A stretch of DNA of 64,000 nt from NCBI RefSeq assembly GCF_006345805.1, contig NC_043005.1, positions 7,812,001 to 7,876,000 on the forward strand. The letters run 5' to 3'. Shown here piece by piece: positions 56,440 through 64,000 of the stretch. Position 1 is the stretch's first letter. Each line of letters opens with the position of its first letter. Source of the stretch: Octopus sinensis. Its lineage: Eukaryota. Below the pieces are notes generated by a model. That model saw nothing but the letters and a program-made list of their open reading frames with translations, made no database searches and had not been told where the DNA came from. Made by a program: the position numbers and the translations under genes.

Positions 56440-57318
56440 TGTTTCGACCAAAGATTGGTCCAGGCCATGTTTAACTTAATAGCACCACCTGATAGGATAT
56501 TCGAATCCTGTTTAAGTCAAGTTTTGTTATGGTCCAATCAAGTAGTGAGTTTTTGTTGGGTGAGTTGTATCCAATTATGGGTGGCTATCTGGTATTTTTT
56601 GAAGGAATCTATCCAGACTCCGTTTAAAGTTGATGGGATCCTTTTCCTCTTTGATCTCTTTCGGGACAATGTAAATAGGGCAGGGCTGTTGAGGAAAAGA
56701 AATAATACGTTGCAGTGTACATGTATGCTGTGATCTTGAATTGGGCAGGGGACGTATTGCCCGAGGTCCCAGTCTTGGATGAACCTTGAAGCTAATGTTC
56801 AGGTCGTTTGGGCAAAGTGGCGGTATTCTCCACATCGTACAAATGATGTACCGCTCACGGCGACGCGGGAGAGGAGTAAAGTTTCAAGGCTTTAAGGCGA
56901 TCCCAATAATCGAGAGCAGCCATGCCTTCAATTCGTTTAGTGAGTGCCCTTGGGCTGATCAATCCTGGAGATGTTTTGTCTGTATGGGAAGACCACAGTG
57001 GGCAGCAGTATTCGAGTGTGGCCGTACAAAGGAGGAGAAAAGTGGTATGATGGCACCTTGTTCTCTGGACCGGAAAGTTCTTAAGATCCAGGAACTCATC
57101 CTACGAGCTATATCGACCTTCTTGTTGATGTGTGCACTCCAACTGAGATCGTCATCAACATTTACACCCATGTCTCTGATATTGTTAGAGGCTGTGAGCG
57201 GTTCCCCTGAAGGAAGAGAGTATGGCTGTTTTAGTGAGGAATTTCTTCCAAAATGTATCAGCTAAAATTTTCCCTCATTCAGTTGCATTTTGTTTCTGTC
57301 TGCCCATTGACTAACAGC
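56440..57318 (-). mobile_element. CR1-clade LINE 3' portion (RT C-terminal region)
   Basis: SQWADRNKMQLNEGK; DMGVNVDDDLSWSAHINKKVDIARRMSSWILRTFRSRE...SFVRPH; FKRSLDRFLQKIPD. Confidence 0.88.
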
Positions 57319-57417
<99 letters not shown>

Positions 57418-58633
57418 CGATGGCAGCTGTGGCATAGTAAAATAACACTAAATACATATGAACAAAATGGCGTAAGAACTCGTCTAGCTAAGAAATTCAA
57501 AGAAATTCAGTGAACGAACGCGTGCGGTATAAATGGATTCAGAATTAAAAAAAAAATACTACCATCTGATTAGTGAAGGGAGATAAACAGAAAGTGACCG
57601 ATAAAATATTAAAACACTTTTCACCAATAAATATAAATACGTTTAGAATAATGTGAGATGAGAGAAGGCAAGATTACGCCGTATCCTTTTTTAACCAATT
57701 AATTCTATCTATTAATCAATTATTACTCATTAACGAAGTTTATAATTATCAATTATGCAACTAACTATATTCAGAGTATTCTATTTATTTATACGATTTA
57801 ATTATTTAATTATTTATCCACTTAGTAATTTATTAACTCATCCATTTAATTAGTTATTTATTGAATAATGAATATACGTAATATTTTTTAAAAGCATACT
57901 CTGATTCCCTTTTCCACATTCCACTTGTAACTCCCATAGATATTAGGTACTCCAAACATCATGTATGTTAGTTAGTATGTTAGTATGTATGTTAGTTACC
58001 CATGTCACATAACTAACTATCTGTTTTATCTGATTAGGCCTTATTCTAGGCTATTCTAAATTCATTTTTGTATCTGTCAAATTTATCAATTTACGTTACC
58101 AAGCACTTTCAGTTTATACCTTTTTTGATAATTATAAAGGACTTACTTCCTCCTTTGTTTGTTCCTTCTCGAGCCATGTCTGGCTTATAAGGGCCGGTTT
58201 CCCGGTTTTCTTGGCGTATAGGTTTCCCATCTGGACGGGACGTCGGTCCGTCGCTGGTGAGCTGCGAGATGCAGGAGGAAAGAGTGAGAGAAAGTTATGG
58301 CGAAAGAGTCAGCAGAAGTTCGCCATTACCTTCTGCCGGAGCCGCGTGGAGCTTAGGTGTTTCGCTCATAAACACACACATCTCCCGGTCTGAGATTCGA
58401 ACCCGCAATCCCTCGACCGCTAGTCCGCTGCTCTAACCACTAGGCCATAGGATAAATTTGACAGAAACTCCTTGTCCAGCAGTCACAAGTTTCTTTTGTT
58501 GAATCGCATCATATTTCACGCGTTACTAAGCCAGTTATTCATTAAGATACATTCATTAGATGCATCTAGCAGTTAAGATACCATTCGTTAAGCGCATTTG
58601 GTAGTTGAAGAATCTATGAATAGAGTAGCTTAC

Positions 58634-59358
58634 AATCAAATGCAGCTCAAACATCAAGGTGATGGTATACAAAGTGCGCAACTAAATACTTAGGGTACTG
58701 ATTTCGTCAGGTAAAAATCCTGAGCTGTTGGGAAGAAACATCTTGGTTGTATAAAAGAAAATGGCGTTCATTAAACATATACCTGATCATTTCCGACTAC
58801 ATAACGCATAAATACCTAAGGTTCTGAACTTGCCACTACGAAATTCGATACTTAAAATAAAGTACACACAGTGAGCATATTTTCTGCGTTCTTCTTCATC
58901 GAGTTGATCGTTTGCCCAAGCGCGAATCGTTTGTATGCAGATAATGAGGAGACACTCTTGCGTTAGCCCTGCGAATGGATCAACTATATAGAGACGATGA
59001 AGAGATACAACGGGTTTAATAAAGGGTTACAAAATATAGCTACAACTAGAACAAACCATTTGAAGGCTGTTAACTCTGATATCTCACGAAAGAACCCGTT
59101 ATTCATTGCATTATGGTTTCTTAATTAACTAACAAACTAAAGAGAAGTTGGTATCCAATTTTATTCACTTGACACTGATCCTTTCGCGTTTTGCTTTTGC
59201 ATTGACGCAACTTTGATAAGAGACAAGTAAATTTCAAAAGCGGTAGAAGATACTGGACCTTGGCCTCTGAGTCCTGTTTGTTCTTCATTTCTGGAGTTAT
59301 ATTGACACATATTCTCACAAAGGATACTGTTTATGGCCGTTAATTTTCCTTTTTGCAT
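58634..59358 (-). pseudogene. Three splice-phase-compatible exons: 59358-59169, 58983-58866, 58724-58634
   Basis: Joined frame reads MQKGKLTAINSILCENMCQYNSRNEEQTGLRGQGPVSSTAFEIYLSLIKVASMQKQNAKGSVSIDPFAGLTQECLLIICIQTIRAWANDQLDEEERRKYAHCVSGFLPDEISTLSI*LRTLYTITLMFELHLI. Acceptors ctctatatag and cttcccaacag; donors gtgaat, gtactt, gtaagc. One in-frame TAG in the third exon. Confidence 0.6.
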
Positions 59359-60147
59359 CAGAGGAAAAATGGAGTATGTGATAATACATTAATTAGGGAT
59401 TAATAAGTGTATATGAGATTAATAGATTAATTAGTAAATTAATATAGAGTGGGAAAATACTGTAGTTTTACAACATATTTGATGCATTAGTAGTTAAATT
59501 ACATAGTTGCCCACAAATTAATTTGTAGTCGTCCATATTATGAAACATGGTGCTTAATGTTTCAAGATGGAAATGCAATAAGGATTTTTATAAAACTTGC
59601 TCGTGCTGAATCCAAGAATTTTTTTATGAAAGAGAGGGACAGCTCGTGACCGTTGGAACCCACTAAGTCCTAAACAGTGTATACGGGTGTGGAAGATTAA
59701 GTAGTTTTTGAAAAAATCTGAGATTACAGCAATGTAATAACATCTACAAATTATGGTACTTTCATTGGATGGTATTTTTCACATCGAAGAAGCTCGTGCT
59801 GTGTTTAAAGACAATTAAAAATGAAGAATTTATAAGGTTGTATCTGGATCATTTTCATAATCCATAGTAACGAGATGCTACGCTAAATATTTTATAATTT
59901 GGAATCGGTTTTTGACCTTTGAGCGTATGATCTACTCTTTCCAAAGGTCAGTCATTACATGGTTATAATTGACAGATGAATGAAAGATTCTTCATGGTTG
60001 CCTTATGAAATAAATGAAGATTACAACATCTTACTCATCCCATATTCATATATGTACACACACACGCACATATGCATATGACTACCTCTGTCTACTTACA
60101 AAATTCTATGTAACATGTGCTCCTTTTTCAAAAGTCTTTATTTAGAA

Positions 60148-60665
60148 CCAGGTAACTGAAGCAACCAAGTAACTGGTATAACCAGATAACAGAATAAATA
60201 ACTAGGGTAACTAGGTAACAGAATTAACTAGATAATAAAAGTAACCAGATAATTCAAGTAGCTCGGTAATTGAGGTAATTAGGTAAGTGAAGTACTTAGA
60301 TAACAAATAAGTACATAACTGAGGTAACTTATCACTGCGGTAACTAAGGTAATCAAGATAACCAGGTAACTAGGTAACTGAGATGTCCAGGTTACTGAGG
60401 CAAGAAGTTAACTGAAGTAGCCAGGTAAGTGAGCCCATTATATAACTAAGGTATCTAGGTATCTTGGTAATTGAAGCAAATACATAACTGAGGTAAGCTG
60501 CTAAGATAGCCAGGAAACTGAGGTAATCAGGTATCGAAATTACCTGGTTACTAAAGTAGCCAGGTAACTAAGGTAACTAAGTAAACTGATGACTGAGATA
60601 ACCAGGTAACTAATGTACCCAGGTAAATGACGTGACTTGACAACAGAGGCGCTCAGGTAATTGAG
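60148..60665. repeat. Degenerate 9-10-bp tandem repeat (AGGTAACT-type)
   Basis: Dozens of diverged GGTAAC/AGTAAC/GATAAC units. Confidence 0.8.
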
Positions 60666-61243
60666 ATCTACTCATGTTAGGCCAGAGGAAAAAGCTAAAG
60701 ATTAAATGCAAATACACAATGCTTATCTACTCAGACACTGACTTACTCTCGTGCCTAAGATAACGGTGATGAAAATAATAATGAAAAAACGGAGTAGAAA
60801 ACATAAGAATAAAAAACAGAAAATATTAAATAGCAATAAGAAAAGCAACATTTAGTAAATGAATTTCTTTCATATATTTCTTTTTGTTTCATTTTTATCT
60901 TTATATATCGTGATTTGACGTAAATAATACTTAATATTCTATGTTTGGCTTATCGCAAGTAATAAATATTGGAGTTGTATGATAATATTAAGCAGACACT
61001 TGTAAGTAGTAGCACAGTTTCGTACTATGAATTCCAGTCACAGAAGTCAATTAAATTAAGGCTCTGTTACTTACGTGTATCATCGAATTTACCAATCCTT
61101 AGTACTGTCTACTTGCGATGCACTGCTTACTGGTAGTAGCAAGTTCTATTATGCTTTTTGGAGACAACCAAACATTAATTGAATTCCTTTAACTAATCCA
61201 TTTGTTCCATAACAACGACGTCACCCTTAGTAATTCGGTGTCT

Positions 61244-61338
<95 letters not shown>

Positions 61339-62844
61339 TTTCTACTTTCTCACCTCCTGCTTTCGTTTCTTTTTGTACTAAACAACATTGACCTAACAGT
61401 TTTTACACCACTAAAGTCTTTAGCAAAAGGTATGAACATATCAACTTCCCACTCTTATTAATATTAATTTTTCTCTTTAATGTAACCAAGTTCAATCAAC
61501 TAATTACCAGGTCTGTTACTCATTTTATCGATCTCAGCATCGGCTAAGGTTTGTGAAGCAAGATATATGCAGTTCGTCCCACTTTGAAGTTTACACCTTG
61601 CTTCGTACAATAAGCTGTAAATTTAAAGTGAGCCACAATGACAAAGGAGTCACGGTTCCTAGTTAATGCTGCTTCTCTTAAGTTATTAACACAATTAGGA
61701 GGATTACGAGCATAGCAACCGAATTCCTACTGACTTCCTATATAAACGGGCAATTTAAGAATAATTGAAAAATAATACTCTGTGGGGCCTGTACTCTACT
61801 TGCCTGGTAGTACTTACGTTTGAAGTCCCATTTCACTGAAATCAACTTTGCCTTTCATACTTCCAGAATTTGTGAAAACGTGCGGTCTGTGGTTAGAGTG
61901 CTCGGCTTATGACCCTAAGGTTATGGATTCAATTTCTGAAGCCATTTAGTTTACGTTGCATCCGTTTTCTCAGCTGTAATTGAGCGCCAGTCCGTTCCTG
62001 GTGCAGTCGTCTTTCCCTCAGGCTACGACATCATGGTTAATGTGCTGGTGTATCTCAGGAAACGTAGTTTTGGTCTAATATAGAGCGACAACAGTGTAAC
62101 GCCGTTAGTAAGAGAGGTTGGGAAGGTGAAACGGGACAATGAAGTATAGTATCAGAATAAAATAGGGGACACTAAGCGAAGAGAAGATAAGAGGAATCAA
62201 AGCACTTATGAACAAGACAGGGGTAAATGAGCAAAAGAAAGTAAAAGCTGAGGCTGTGTGAAGGGAATTTAAAGGTGAGGGGGACTTTCTGCATTGTCCC
62301 AAAACTGCTTCGAGGGTTTCCCAACAGTTCATGTAATCTGTTAAAATCTAACCCTTTCACACAACCTCAGCTTTCCATTTTTTCGTTTTCATTTCTCAAT
62401 TGTTACTTTCTTTTGTTCGTTTTCTCCTGTCGTGTTCATAAGTGCTTTAACTTATATTAACTTCTCTTAACTTAGCTTAGTGTCCTCTGTTTTATTCTAA
62501 TACTTCACTCCTCTCATCCCTTTCACATTTCCAGCCTCTCCTACTAACAGCGTTACCATGTTGTCTCTATACTACTTCATTATTGTTACACTAGGACATG
62601 AATGAGGTGACTAAGACGGTAATTATGTCTGCTCGTGACCACAAAGGCGCCTAAAACAATTTGGGAAAATATGCTGCAGGTAACCAAGCTATATTCGCTT
62701 GCGCGTGATTGCTGTTTGTACTTATAATTTATAAAATAAGTATGAATTTAGTTCTGGAGTGCATGTGCAAGAAATAATAATCATTAATCTTTGAATATTT
62801 CTAACATTTTCCTTTGTCAAATACTCAACTACCACTGATCCTAG

Positions 62845-63150
62845 CCTATAAATACAGGGCGATTCAAAAGTCGTCATACATAGGAATAATTTATTTTTTC
62901 ATAAGAAACAGTTTATAAGAAGTTTCTTTTTTTTTTTATTTAACAGGCTCTATATGGTTACCATTGTCTGAATACCCATTGCAATACGTTTACCCCACGC
63001 ATTGTAAACATCGTAATAGCATATCTGGTGATAGATGTGCAAATGAGTTCGTGATATGTTCCTTCAAATAATTTATGTCTTTTATCTTTCACGATACACC
63101 ATGCCTTTCAAATGCCCCCAAAGATGGAAATCAAGAGGGTTCTATAAACT
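62845..63150 (-). mobile_element. Tc1/mariner-superfamily (maT/rosa-like) transposase C-terminus and 3' TIR
   Basis: DFHLWGHLKGMVY...AWGKRI; terminus TA/CAGGGCGATTCAAAAG on the plus strand. Confidence 0.6.
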
Positions 63151-63379
63151 GTTTACTCTTACTCTTATTTACTCTTTTTACACGTTTCAGTCATTTGACT
63201 GCGGCCATGCTGGAGCACCGCCTTTAGTCGAGCAAATCGACCCCGGGACTTATTCTTTGTAAGCCCAGTACTTATTCTATCGGTCTCTATTGCCGAACCG
63301 CTAAGTGACGGGGGCGTAAACACACCAGCATTGGTTGTCAAGCAATGCTAGGGGGACAAAAACAGACACACAAACACAT

Positions 63380-63422
<43 letters not shown>

Positions 63423-64000
63423 TACGACAGGCTTCTTTCAGTTTCCGTCTACCAAATCCACTCACAAGGCATTGGTCGGCCCGGGGCTATAGGAGAAGAC
63501 ACTTGCCCAAGATGCCACGCAGTGGGACTGAACCCGGAACCATGTGGTTGGTAAGCAAGCTACTTACCACACAGCCACTCCTGCGCCTCCTGTTTCTTAA
63601 TAAAAAAATTAATTTTTCTTATATATGGAGACCTTTGAATCACCTGTAGATTCAGGTGATTAAATATCTCAGTATTTCAAATATGTTATTGTTAGTGCAG
63701 TTATAATTTTTCATTTAATGACGAACAAATTTTAATATCTGCTTTTACTATATGATTCTATAGTCAAAAGGTGACTAATTAATGTAAGTGGACATTATTC
63801 CGATCTGGATTTGAACTAGGAATCTGAATATCAAAAGTAAGGCAGTGAAATGGCTTACTTTCACTGTCTTACTTTCAAGACACTTTGTTAAATACCGAGT
63901 CTAGTTGTCAAACGACTGTTGTATACTTTGGTTGTTGTATAGTCTTTTGTAGACTTATTGTGCGGTCGATAATTTGATGGTTGATTTGGTGATTTATTTT

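Overview
AT-rich, repeat-dense animal genomic DNA, most likely a coleoid cephalopod such as Octopus. The taxon is inferred from the tRNA-derived SINE families and the very high microsatellite load and was not verified. I find no intact protein-coding gene, rRNA, true tRNA gene or CRISPR array. Most ORFs in the supplied track are microsatellite or SINE translation artefacts. Hand translation of the minus strand shows remnants of one or more very large, decayed multi-exon genes from about 59.4 kb down to the window start: exon-like blocks with good GT/AG splice signals and protein-like frames, but many stops and retroposon insertions inside exons. I could not identify the product. The rest is mobile-element debris: four tRNA-derived SINE families; R4/Dong-like RLE, RTE, Tx1/L1 and CR1 LINE fragments; mariner, pogo-like and Chapaev-like DNA transposon remnants; MITEs; and two non-autonomous Helitrons. 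The most notable structures are: (i) a SINE that forms 184-bp-period head-to-tail multimers with the same junction at three independent TSD-flanked loci, one expanded to a 9-unit nascent satellite; (ii) a complete minimal type I hammerhead ribozyme motif of the Penelope type inside an inverted repeat at about 34.0 kb; (iii) at least seven long inverted repeats, one a perfect 144-bp pair; (iv) an 842-bp tandem duplication and SINE-derived or novel minisatellites. All coordinates were read by eye and may be off by a few bases.
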